Assembly: GCA_028023455.1 (NCBI GenBank)
Contig: JAQFVV010000001.1
Location: 7,316,001-7,380,000 of the forward strand
From: Epiperipatus broadwayi
Lineage: Eukaryota; Animalia; Onychophora
Length of the DNA stretch: 64,000 nucleotides
Direction: 5' to 3'
A program made the translations under genes and the position numbers. The notes below the pieces were generated by a model. The model saw nothing but the letters and a program-made list of their open reading frames with translations, ran no database searches and was not told the origin of the DNA. Of the stretch, positions 13,751-26,268 are shown in pieces. Position 1 is the first letter of the stretch, and each line of letters begins with the position of its first letter.

Positions 13751-15436
13751 GGTTGTTTTCTCATCCCTGGTGTTCGCCACAGGATGGCGTTGATGCTAAT
13801 CAAAAACATATACATATAACGATTCCGGGCCGGACCTAAATGATCGATTTGATCTAAAAAGATCTGATTTCTTAGATTTGTAATAAAATATTCTACTAAC
13901 TAATACTATTATATGACATTAGTTTTTTCATTTTTGTAAATGTTTATTAATCTTATCTTGTTTTTGAGTTTGTGTGTGTGTGTCTTTAAAGTTACGGTGT
14001 TTTTCTAATTTTTTTTTTTTTTTTGACTTTACGTGTGTCTTTTTAAAGTTACGGTCTTTTTTTTTTGCAAGAGTAAATCAATAATTTGATTCAAAAGCAA
14101 GACGTAATAAGTAAATGTTTATTAATCTTATCTTGTTTTTGAGTTTGTGTGTGTGTCTTTAAAATTATGGGGCTTTTTCGAATTTTTTTTTTTTTGGACT
14201 TTATGTTTGTCTTTTTAAAGTTACGGTATTTTTTTTGCAAGAGTAAATCAATAATTTGAATCAAAAGCAAGATGTAATAAGTCAATGTTTATTAATCTTA
14301 GATTGTTTTTTAATTTGTGTGTGTGTGTCTTTAAAGTTACGGGGCTTATTCTCATTTTTTTTTTGGACTTTATGTGTGTCTTTTTTTAAAGTTACAGTAT
14401 TTTTGGTCAAGAGTAAATCAATCATTTTATTAAAAAAGCAAGATGTAATTCTAAATCTATCAAAAGTAACGTAATTTATATACTACAATTTAGAATTGAT
14501 ACCCGACTACTATTTGTAAGGATCGTCATTGAAAGACTCAATTGAAAAATGATACCCGACTAATTTCCATTTTCTTTTTTTTTTTTGGGGGGGGGGGGAC
14601 AGTAATGAATCAGAAAGTGGGTTGTTTTTGTTAAGTCTGTCTATATAAAAAGGGTACCGTTATTGAAATACTAAATTTAAAGGAACTGGGTTGTTTTTGT
14701 TAGTGTGTAGATATAAAAACTAATCTTATTTTGAAATAATAAATATAACAAAAAAAAAAAAATACCCGACTAATTTTATTTTTTGGACAAGTAATTACTA
14801 ATAATTAGACACTGGTTGTTTTTGTTTGTGTGTGTATATATATATATAGCAAAAGTAACTGGTCACGGATGAATTCTCGCGAAAATGGTACTTTTCGCAT
14901 GATCCTTCAAATTTTTTTCCCTTCTGCACCCTTAAAAGCATTTTTTGAGGGTTACCCATTCATAATGGAATCTTCAGGACATTATTACTAAACTTACAAC
15001 AGTAAAGTAAGTTACAACACATAAAAAAATCGACGTCTTATCAAATTTAAAAAAACTACGACTGCTTCAAATACACACGCACACAAAACTACAGAGAAAA
15101 TAGATAATAGATATTCTACTATTACAAGAAAATGAACAAAATCAACTACTATGGCAGCCAATCAAGGCATTTTTTTCTTTTTGCTTTTAGCATAGAAAAA
15201 AGCCATAACTGGCAGCCGTCGGGAACTCTTTCTGTGTTTTATCATAGAAAGAAGTCTCTTTGTATTGGCTTCTGTCACCGCCTCCTCCATCCAACATAAT
15301 GTGAGGACTCTTTTCTGCATTTATAACGTAGAAAAATTCCTCTTGTTGAATGAAGGCCGGTGAGACGGTATATTTCTAGGAATTGACCTAGAAATAGTGA
15401 CATCTCGAGGCGAACACCAGGGATGAGAAAACAACT
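13751..15436. mobile_element. Non-autonomous DNA transposon (Merlin-like termini) nested in the Tigger
   Basis: 28-bp TIR GGTTGTTTTCTCATCCCTGGTGTTCGCC / GGCGAACACCAGGGATGAGAAAACAACT with one terminal mismatch. Perfect 8-bp TSD GAAATGGG at 13743-13750 and 15437-15444. No coding capacity. Superfamily is inferred only from the GG termini and 8-bp TSD. Confidence 0.8.
13936..14455. repeat. Three tandem units of 170-175 bp inside the nested element
   Basis: aatgtttattaatctta...aaagttacgg...caagagtaaatcaat...aaaagcaaga repeats from about 13938, 14113 and 14283. Confidence 0.85.
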
Positions 15437-15795
15437 GAAATGGGTATTCAAAATTGTACGGTATTCAGTAATTAACGCTACAAATTTACAGTATCTGATA
15501 ACAAAACTATTTACAAACGTTCATAATTGGATTTTTTCTAAAGAAAGATAAACTTTGGAATTTAGAAAATAATTAAAAGTATATTTTAGAGAACAATAAG
15601 AACTTATATAAAATACGGTAAATCTTTCCATCTCTGACATTAATTACTTTTATTTTTAGCATCATCACAAACTGTCTTGAACAGGATTGTCTTAATTAGT
15701 GCTTGTTTTTAAAAATAGTTTCTGCGCGATTACGTTACATATACACTGTATATTTCTGTTTTGGTGAATTTTTTTCATTCTTCTTATTTAAAAAC

Positions 15796-17420
15796 ACGAG
15801 TAAGACACAAAAAAACAGCAGTGTTGATACAACAAAAAAGAAATCTAGGTCTCATAAACCCCAAACAGTTGAGACAAAAATGGATATAATTAGACTTTCT
15901 GAAAATGGTGAATCTTTTGTTTCAATTGCACATTCATGTAATTTAAACTGATTAACAATATATACAATTGTGAAAAACAAGAACAAAATTAAGGAATATG
16001 TTAAAAATTGTGGAAATATTTCTTCAAAGATTGTTTCAAAAAGACATGGCAGAGGAATGGATGAAATGGAGAAATCTTTGGCTTTATGGATTGAAGATCA
16101 ACATCAAAAAGGCATCTCAGTGAGTTTATCAATTATTCAAATTAAAGATCTTAGTTCGCATGAAGATTGAAGAAAGAATTTAAAGAAAACTCTGCTGTTA
16201 AATTTGTAGCAAGCAATGGCTGGTTTCACAAATTTAAAATGAGATATTCTTTCATAATTTAAATGTACTGTGGAAGATGGCAGTGCAGATAAGAAAACTG
16301 CCAGTGAATTTATTTCCACTTTCTCTAATATATTAAAGATAGAACCTATTTTCCATGCCTAGTCTTCAATGTAGATAAAGGATTATTTTGGAAAAAGATG
16401 CCTACATGTATATATTTAGCAAAGGAAGAATCCGTTGCACATGGGCATAAACCTTCTAAAGTCAGATTAACATTGCTTTCTGGAGGTAATTTAGCTGGTG
16501 ATTTTAAAATAAAGCCAGTGCTAATTTATCAGACAGAAAAACCTAGAGCATTGAAAGGAAAAGATATAAAAGAATGCTTCCAGTCATTTGGAAATCAAAT
16601 ACCAAAGCCTGGGCTACTGCACAGGTTTTTTAAGATTGGTTTTCACATCATTTTGTGCCTTCTGTTAGGCAATATTTTTAGTGAGAATAATTTAACATTT
16701 AAAGCACTATTGCTCTTAGACAATTCTCCTGGACATCCAAAATCCCTGCAAAATTTGTATCCAGAAGTTAATGTATTTATCTCTCTCAATACCACAAGTG
16801 AAATTCAACCTATAGACCAAACTGTGATAGCTACTTTTAAGTGATATATGAGAAGATTAATGATTTGAGCAATCAAGGCAATTGACAAGAAAGGTGGACC
16901 TACATTAAGAGATTTTTGGAAAATATGGAATGCAATAAATATTATTGGGGATGTGTGGGCTGAAATAAGAGAATCAACAATGAAAAGTTGTTGAAAAAAT
17001 AATATATCCACAAATGATGAATGCTTTTATGGACATTGAAGAAACTTCCGAAGATGTCACAACTGAAATAGTCATTATAATGAATGAATTAAATTTAGAT
17101 GTCACTGATGAAGATATTGATGAGTTAATGCAATCTCACATAGAACCTCTGTCAAATGAAGACTTGATTAAACTACAAGAGATGAATGAAATACAAAATA
17201 AAGAAGAACCTGATAATGAAGTTATTGTTAAGAATTTGACAATCAAGAATATGAATGAAGCTTTCATGCATCTTGACATATTGTTGACCATCATAGAAGG
17301 TGATCCCAATGGAGAGTGTGTATCTTGTATATGAAGGGCAATAGAAAAAGACACAGTGTTACAGAATTCTTTATCAAGAGAAGAAAAAGAATACAATTCA
17401 ATTAACTCTTGATAAATTTG
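15796..17420 (+). pseudogene. Tigger/pogo transposase pseudogene (HTH-psq, CENP-B-type HTH, DDE_1)
   Basis: Frameshifted ORF pieces: TVETKMDIIRLSENGESFVSIA; MEKSLALWIEDQHQKGISVS; GHKPSKVRLTLLSGGNLAGDFKIKPVLIY; KALLLLDNSPGHP; NTTSEIQPIDQTVIATFK; HIEPLSNEDLIKL. Confidence 0.9.
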
Positions 17421-18566
17421 TAAACAAAACTCCAAATACTAATCAATAAAAAATAAATACTGTATTTTGAAAACCCTTTTTGATGTTTTTTTTTTACATA
17501 CCTCTACTTTCAATCAATTTCAACCTCCAAACACATGTCAGGAGCCAATTAAGTTCATAATTAGGGGACTGCCTGTATTCATATTTAAGAGAGTATTTTT
17601 AAAATATTTATATGAACATTTTTATGACTAAATAGAAAAGATAAGCAAATTAAATTAATAACTAAGCTTCATATGATAAAGATAATTGCCATTTGTATTC
17701 ATCATGCTGTTTATTTTTCTCTAAATCTTTGTTGTATATTGTCTACTGTATACTGTTGAAGCAAGATTTTTTATCTAGGAAATAGGATTATTTGTCAATA
17801 TTATTAATCCAGCTATCACAAATTTATCAACGTTTAAAATCCAGTTAAAATTGTTTGAGAAAGGATTCTTCAGATTTTTAAGAGTACTAGAATGTTTTAT
17901 TTTAGCAACTAAATAAACATACTAAAAATACTAAGCAGAGTCCAGCTAATATCTATAGATAAATAAATTAACTGATATAAATACTATATTTCTGTTTTGT
18001 CTCTTGAAGAAAAAAAAAAATACATGATTTTTTGTTTTATAAAATAGATGAACATTTTAATCAGTAACGTTTTTAAAATGTATTTTCATGAAATAATAAG
18101 ACAGAGGCTGGGGAATTTCTAATCTTTAAACAAGTAAGCTTACTACAAAAAAGCAGAAGAAACTAAAAACTAAATGGGATTTATTATTATTTATTTCTGA
18201 TTATAAGAATCCTATAACATCTTGGAGTAATGGAATATTGGAATGAGGATAAGGACCTTGACCAATAAATGAAAAAATGCATATAGCAATAAATCCCTAT
18301 CTTATAATATAAAGTAGACAAAATGTTATTTTAATATTTTATTAACAAAAGTTATATTTCATTATATTCTATATTCATATTACAATTAACTAAACATAAA
18401 ATTAAGAAAAATAAAAAGAATATTATTACCATTGTTTTTTTTTGCCTGTGTTTAAAAAAAAAATTTTTTTTTAAAAAAAAAATCTAAATAATCATTCTTG
18501 ATAATTTGGAAATTGTTGATCTTTTAAAATATCAACAAATAAATTTAAAGCTTTGTTTTGAGTAAT

Positions 18567-18709
18567 AATTATAAAAAAAAGGCATATAGCTTTATTGCTA
18601 TTGAGTCCATAAGAAGTTTGAGCACCAGAACTGTGAGCGCCGGAATCAATCCTGGGATCTTCTGATCCCATGTCAGATGCTCTTATCAACTGTGCCATAC
18701 TGTGCAGGA
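18567..18709 (-). mobile_element. Short tRNA-Arg-derived SINE or processed tRNA pseudogene
   Basis: Minus strand TGGCACAGTTGATAAGAGCATCTGACATGGGATCAGAAGATCCCAGGATTGATTCC resembles eukaryotic tRNA-Arg(ACG). 3' part has AATAAA and a T-run. 13-bp flanking direct repeat TGTTTTGAGTAAT (18554-66, 18710-22). Confidence 0.7.
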
Positions 18710-19679
18710 TGTTTTGAGTAATGATTTAGCTTAAAGAAACATTGTTGGCAGTTTGATTCTCAAATCATAACACAACATTTTGTATTCAATTTACTAATAA
18801 ATAAGGCTATTACAGTTTTTAATTATTTTAAGTTCATAAGAATAGCATTTCAAATGTATTTTAGAATATCCTTTATTGTTTATATGGATTTTATTTGGCA
18901 AACCAATTCAAATTGGTAGCTTCATTTCAAAAGTTAATTAGTAATAAAATATACTAAACCAATTATACAATGCATGAGTACATAGTAATATTCAAATATA
19001 TTAATCAGTTATGGTCTCAGAAACAATTTCATTCTATGAATGAAATTCACTGTCACCAATAATAAATCAAATTTAATATGTCATATTTTCTAGAGTACTT
19101 TCACAAGGTATAAAGCTTTGCATTAATAGCCATTGGAGAAAAAAAGACAAATAAGAAAATGGAGCTAAATATCTTGTGAATAAATTTGTTACAAATAAAT
19201 AATTTTTATATTCTAATATTCTATTCATTTTATTATGCAACATATCTTTATACATTTTTTTTATTAGTAAATAGCTTCCAGCTTTTTTGCAGACTTTTAA
19301 ATAAACAAAGGTCAGATCAGTTTGCACCTTTTATTTATCCTACAAGTATTAGATATAAATAATATTTAACAAATTCAAAAATTAAATAATTAATAATTAA
19401 AAGTATTTCTAAATATTAAATACAATGTTAAATCACCAATTTGTATAAATCTTGTAAACAGTTTGTCTCTTGATGGCATTAGTGCATATCACATGCTTAT
19501 AGCAAAATGCTTGGAAGTTAGTGCATTACTCTGAAATATTATGTAAAAATAAAAATTTTAATATAATAGACAAAACTTACTGTAAATGTAAATCTGATGT
19601 ACATGTACATATATAGACGAGCAATTGTAAACAAGTGTAACCATTATAATTCCAATGAAAGAGAAAGGAAAAAAACTAC

Positions 19680-20130
19680 TCTAGAAATGAATTTTGCAAT
19701 GACAAACACATCCACATATAAGGCATGCTGATTCATTTTTCTGTATATTTATTTTATGATGATATCTTAATTTCTTCAACAAAAAACTTTTCTTTCTGAA
19801 ATATTTCAACACTGTATAATTGTAGCTGTCCATATTCTCTTCTCTGCCATATCTTCCCAATGGAAACAATATTCCACTTCTTTAGAATGCATTTGAGGTA
19901 ATCCTTATAAAGAAAACTAGATGTCTCTCTTCCATGAAACCATGCTCAAATTTACCACAAAGTATCCTTTTAGGAAATCTTGCATTGGTAATTTGTTTTA
20001 CATGTCGAGTCCAATGAAGGTTTGATTTTACAAAAATGGACTTCAGTATCACATACATCAAATTGAAGAACATTAATTTTTTTTAATGATCTTGCTATTG
20101 TATTTTTAAAATTTTATGAAACAGCCTTAA
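19680..20130 (-). mobile_element. RTE-clade (BovB-like) LINE 3' fragment
   Basis: LHWTRHVKQITNARFPKRILCGKFEHG matches the RTE RT C-terminal RW.GHV.RM...R.PK.IL.G motif. Homologous to 52160-52560. Confidence 0.75.
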
Positions 20131-22248
20131 TTGAAACTTTTCTAATGCCTTTACATTGCATAAATAGCATGTCCAAGTCTCACTTTCATATAATAAATCC
20201 AATATACATTTAGATTAATAGATATTGTTCCATATTTACATTGATGCTTTAAAGACATGAAAGTTTGTAATAAAAAAATAAATCAAATGATTTATTACTA
20301 AAAAGTTTGAGCTTTAGAAATGATAGATCTAGCTATGAAATTTAAACTCCAATCTGTTATCCTACTATTATATCAAATAACACAAGATTTGTTTATAATG
20401 ATGGAAGGGATTAAGATATATTGTTGAATTATTACTACATATCTTAATCTAAATTATTAATCTGAAAGTAATATTAAAGAAGTGTCACATTAGCAGTGTT
20501 CTTTTATGGCAAAGTCACAATATTTGATTATTATTCATTATATACTTTTGTTTTTAAATATTCACTTAAAATTTAGTTAAAATAATAATTTCAGTTGCTA
20601 AAGGTCTTTGAATACTTCTTTTTTTTTTTTTTAAAAAAAAAGTCTTATGTATGTTAGATCTGAAGATATTAATGTTTCTGATTTTTTCCTATATTTAATT
20701 ATGATGAGTTAAATTTATTAGTGAATCTTCATGTTGATATGCCTGTATTATTTTTAAAGAAAGAAAATTAAATCATTTGTGTCTCAGTAATCATATATAC
20801 TATAGAAAGTAATAGTTGTAAATAAACATTTTTATCTTTGTGTTAGAATTCATTTAAACATGTTATAATTTATAGTTACTTCTCAAATAAAAACTAATAA
20901 TTTATGACAGATTAGATGTAAAATGATGGAAAAGTAATAATGATTTAAATATCATAGTAATAAAATCAACTAAAGAAAATAAATGAAATTTCAGTTTAAT
21001 CATTTGAATAGAAATGCTATACTCAGCATATGATTTTGATAAACAAAGGTTACTCGACTTTCCAAGAAATTGATTTTATAATTATTATTATTTTTTTTCA
21101 TATTAAATATTTCATTGTATGTTTTAGAGTTCAATGTCAAAAACTTCCAAGTCATTTTAAATCTTTTCTTTTTTTTGAAGATTACATAAGCATATGGAAT
21201 ACTTATTTATTTTTTGTTGAAATAATGTTATATAAAATAATTGTCTTATAGTGCATTGGAAAGATAACTTCATTAATTTTCTAGACTAATATCATTATTT
21301 CACAATTTTTTTAGAGATGCTTATCTTGTAAACTAGGGGTGGGTGGGTATGTATATTTTTATTTTAAAATGCTTACTATTTTTCATTAAGCTATCATGAA
21401 ATGAAGATTTTGAATACTTTTGATAACATATGAAGTTGTAAAGTAGAAGTATTAGTTGGTTATCTTAATTAAGCCTCTTAGTATGTTTTTATTGTAAATA
21501 ACTTCAAATATTTCAAAGGCTTATAGTTTTTTTAAAAATTACTTTGGGTTTATATTATCCATTATGTTTTTAAATTGCATACTATAGATTTGAATTAATG
21601 GAATATAATTGGAGAGCCAAATAAATTGGATTAATTATGATGTTCACTATTTTGTACAGGGTCAAGCAAAATATTTGCATGTGATATTGGGTACATTATA
21701 ATGATCTATTTCATGATCATTTGTTACAAGCATGAATAATCCATTATATCAACAAAAATTCTGACTAGTTTGTGGATATGGGGCTTCATCAGGTTTGAAT
21801 TTGCATATCTATCTAACAAATAGTTTGTCCATAATGAAAACCTAGTCTGGGAAGGTTGATTATTGTATTATTAACTAGTATTCATTAATTTCTCAAGCTT
21901 ATAATAGAAGATTCTAGAGAATAATGATAAAATTGATTATTGGTCCTAATGCAGATGTTGAATGTGAAGCTTTGTTACTTATATATGATTAATATTATTG
22001 CTTAGCTTAAAATAATATTTTGCAATATAAACAGCCTAGCTAGAAAGCAAAAAAAAAGTTAGCACATATTCCTATGATGATATTAGAAATTATAAAATAC
22101 TCTGCAAAGTCTATTTTACACAATTAATTAATTCCGTAAATCTTGGTTCTCTGTGAAAACATTAATTAAATATAATAACCAGTATTAAATATTGCAATTT
22201 GTCCACTGGCTTCCAAAATCATTATTAATTTTTTTAAATTACCATTTT

Positions 22249-22485
22249 TAATTATAAATATGCGACTTTTTTCGCATGCGTTAGTGAAGCTATAATTATA
22301 CTTAAAATAATGTGTAATAGGTCTGCTTAGCGCTTTCGAGATTTAATGTTCGAATTTCATACACATAGCTTTGTGAATGAATACTGTTGTGATTTATTGT
22401 ACACATATGCAAATGAGTTTGAATATTTAATTAGTCCATTGTTTAGAGAGCAAAGCATGCGAAAAAAGTCGCATATTTATAATTA
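22249..22485. mobile_element. MITE-like element with 31-bp perfect terminal inverted repeats
   Basis: TAATTATAAATATGCGACTTTTTTCGCATGC (22249-79) and its exact reverse complement (22455-85). Confidence 0.75.
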
Positions 22486-22752
22486 CAATTTTTACTAGTG
22501 AAGAGAAAAATAATTTATCACCATTTTTAATGCCTATACACTTTAACTAAAAGTGAATGAAAATTTTTGAAATAATTTAAATTGAAAATAAAATTAATTT
22601 CATTAAAACAAAGTGGCATTTTTAGTGTTGTGGAAATCAAAACCTTCATAGTCAAATGTTTGCATATTAAGTGAATAATTTTATAACAGTTATGCATTAA
22701 TGATATAATGTTAATTAAAGTTTATAAAGATACTCTTAAATTGCAATATTAG

Positions 22753-22823
22753 AATAAATTGTATTAAGAGCGATGACAAGCAACGGAACACTATAGCAAG
22801 AATGATCAAGTGTTCCCCAGCTG
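22753..22823 (+). CDS. Host gene internal exon (INCIKSDDKQRNTIARMIKCSPA)
   Basis: tattAG acceptor and G|GTAACA donor. 71 nt, phase 2 to 1, joins in frame to 26175. Confidence 0.45.
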
Positions 22824-24974
22824 GTAACAGTAATCTATTGCTTAGAATATACCTTCTTTCAGGCAGATATTATGTATAACACATGTACTTACTTGAAGGC
22901 ATGCATATATATGTTATATAGTTATATTCTAAAAAAAAAAGATATTTATATAAATTTGAATCTTTAAAGAGTAGATTATATTAACAATTTATTGTAATTC
23001 ATTTAATGATCTTTTCAAATCTTCATTTGAAAATTTATTAAGTGATTAACTACTATATAAATAAATTAAAAATATTTGAAATAATTCAGTTTGTTGAAGT
23101 AAATATATATACTTTTTATCATATTAATGTAATATTGTGAAAGAGACTACTTTTCATAACATGCTAGAAAATTGACATGCAGTCTCTTATCATTATAAAT
23201 ATTAATAACATAAAATAGTTTACCTTTTTTGTCAAGGAAGTCATTATTAAGATTATTTGTAGAATCTAAATACTACATTGTGTTTATTGTATTTAGCGAT
23301 AATTCGCCATCTTTTAACTGTTTTCTTTGTGCTGTATATATTATAGCAACATTTCATTGTAATTTGTATGACACAGTTCAAAGTGAATTTTAATTTATGT
23401 AGAGTAAATTATCTTACAATTTATGAAAAAAAAAATGTTAATCAAAACTATAAAAAGCTGTGATTTTTTTTATATTCCATCTGTCTAAATCAACCCCCAA
23501 TTCTTAGAACATGTAAAATCAGTAAAACAGATATATTACTGAATTCCTTTTATTTTGAATATGAAATTGATTTTATTGTAACAATATAGATATATTATTT
23601 TGTAATTGTTCTTTCAATCTTAGACTAAAATATCGAAAAAATTAAAAATTTGTTTAATATTTTTTAATGTAAATGCAGCCATTATTTTAATACCTAGCTT
23701 CCATTTCAACCAGATTAAATAATTGTTTCTGATTTGAGTAAATCAGACATTTAGATATCAATTAGGATTTATAATTTTTTAATTTCATGTAGTGTTATAA
23801 TTAGTTTTTTATTTTTTAATAATGTGGGGTAAAGTTATTTTATAAACAAAATATAAATTTAAAAAATATGCTTGGTTGTTAGTATCAATATTTTAAGTAC
23901 AAGTAGAACATTTACAAGATTTCTAAGATCTCAAATATACTATGAAATTTACTTTATCACTATTATATGATTAAAAACAGATTTGATTATTATCAGCTTT
24001 TGAGATTTAAGATCTAAAAGATTTCAAATATTTTAACACTTAAAAAAAATATTTACACAACCATATTATTTTTAAATGCAACAGAGCTGTCATATGATAT
24101 ATTAGAACCATGTGATGCTTCAAAGATTAACAAAAATTTATATATGGGCAATATTAATATTTTTAAAAAAGACTTTATTAATAATCTTCTAAGATTTAAA
24201 AAAAAAAAAACCTTCCCTCTATTTTTTTGAATTTTTTTATTACCACAATTAGAGAAATTTTGACCTTGGTCATTTTCATTTTTATTTCATATATATATAT
24301 TTACATTGAATAAAAAATTATTGAGAGTATGTATCAAAAAAAGAATTTGTGAACCTCAATTAGCATTTTTTGAAGGTTGGTGCATGCATCACACTGTATC
24401 AAGATAGTTCTGATATGTGTACAATACATATTATGCACTACATAGGCCTGCCTTATCTTAGATAACATTAGAAAAAATTGATATATTTTAATCTCATTTT
24501 GACAATTTTGTATCTCAGATTGATGAGGAACAACTTCCTTTAATTTTATTCATTTTTTTAGTGTCATTGAAACTATTTATCTAATTATAATACCGTATCA
24601 TTATTATTATTATTTTTTGCACAATGCTAAGGGATAGTGGCTTTTGACATAACTGTAGTGAAATAAATATCCAACATTTTACAGTTTTTAAAATTAATAC
24701 TATTGATGTAAATTAATTTATTATGAAATAAATCTTGTTTTATTTTTATAACTATATAACTTGTAAAATTCAAATTTAGAAGTTTTTTTAAAATTATTTT
24801 TTAAGTAGAGTATTTTAAATGGTTAATATTTTAGAAATCCCTTTAAATGTGAATGAATATGAATAGATTTGTTTAGTATTATTATTGAGTGATTTATTAA
24901 AAAATGATCCCAAGAGTATGCATCTCAAAATATAAATAATAAGACTGTTGATAACTTAGCTCAAAGTATTTATT

Positions 24975-25545
24975 ACCATCATCATTTTCAACCGCTATTG
25001 ATCAACTACATGATGGTCTTTCCAAATTTAATCCAGTTCTCTAATTTGTAGCCCTTTTCTCCACAATACATCAAGCAACTTCTTTATATCATCATTCATC
25101 TCATATCTTTCTAAGCCAACCATTATTGATCCACTACATGATGGTCTTTCCAAATTTAATCCAGTTCTCTGATTTGTAGCCCTTTTCTCCACAATACATC
25201 AAGCAACTTCTTTATATCATCATCCATCTCATATCTTTCTAGGCCAACCATTATTGATCCACTACATGATGGTCTTTCCAAATTTAATCCAGTTCTCTGA
25301 TTTGTAGCCCCTTTCTCCACAATACATCAAGCAACTTCTTTATATCATCATCCATCTCATATCTTTCTAGGCCTTTTACAATCTCTTGGGATTCAATTTA
25401 AAATTTCAAGAGTTCATCTATTATCATTTCTTTTAACCATATATCTAACCCAGCTTCATTTTAATTTCTTAATTCTTCTAATGATGTCAGTAAATACCTG
25501 TTTATTCTTTTATCCATATATTTTGTTTTCAATCTTTTCTTACTA
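24975..25545 (-). mobile_element. RTE-clade LINE 3' end carrying a 128-bp tandem triplication
   Basis: Homologous to 45585-45950, with a (cat)n tail at 24977. Units start at 24997, 25125 and 25253. Confidence 0.8.
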
Positions 25546-26174
25546 TTTCTAGCATTTGTTGAATAGTCTGAATTCTTTATATTGCTTTTCTTATTGTATT
25601 AAAAAAAACAATGAGAAATCTTAAAACAATGATTAATTTATAAAAACAAGAAAAGCAGCTCAATCACTTTATTAATACTATTACATACTATCAACTTTTG
25701 CCAATCACAAAATTTTCACCACAATAGTTAAAGAAGTGTGTTTGTTTTCTTCCACATAGTTTGACATTTTGTTATTGGGTGACTGTGATCAATCATTATA
25801 AAACATATTCTATATTGCTGCTTCTGATACATATTAGTAAGAACACATTAAAATAAACTAAATAGAAGACATTAAGGATAAGGAAAGTGAAAAGATACAG
25901 TCCTATTTATACAATGCAGGTACTGTTTTTCAATTAATATATGTTAAACCTTACATTTATATCACAAATTAATTTAATTTTGATAGCTTACATACAATCT
26001 GTGACAAATACAAAAATTATTATCCAACTTAACATACAAAAGAAAATGTCTACCACTTATACAGTCTAACTTGTAATGGAAAAATACCTTATATACTTTG
26101 TATTATGATTAATGAATATGTAAAATTATAAACAGTATCATTTTATGTAATGTTTTTATATTTATTATTTGCAG

Positions 26175-26268
26175 GTGCCTTTGGACGTGAGAATTCAGTT
26201 CCTGTGCCATTACGCCCTGCACCTCGCCCCCCTCCTAATTCAAAGCAACAAACATTTTTTTCAGGAAG
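26175..26268 (+). CDS. Host gene internal exon (GAFGRENSVPVPLRPAPRPPPNSKQQTFFSG)
   Basis: tttattatttgcAG acceptor and AAG|GTAAAT donor. 94 nt, GC-rich against background, open frame with a proline-rich motif, phase 1 to 2. Confidence 0.8.

Larger units (their letters stand above)
13617..17575 (+). mobile_element. Tigger/pogo-family DNA transposon, full length and inactivated, with a nested insertion
   Basis: 23-bp imperfect TIRs CAGGCAGTCCCTTAGTTACAAAC (13617) and GTTCATAATTAGGGGACTGCCTG (ends 17575). TA TSD at 13615-16 and 17576-77. Contains a transposase pseudogene. Confidence 0.9.
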
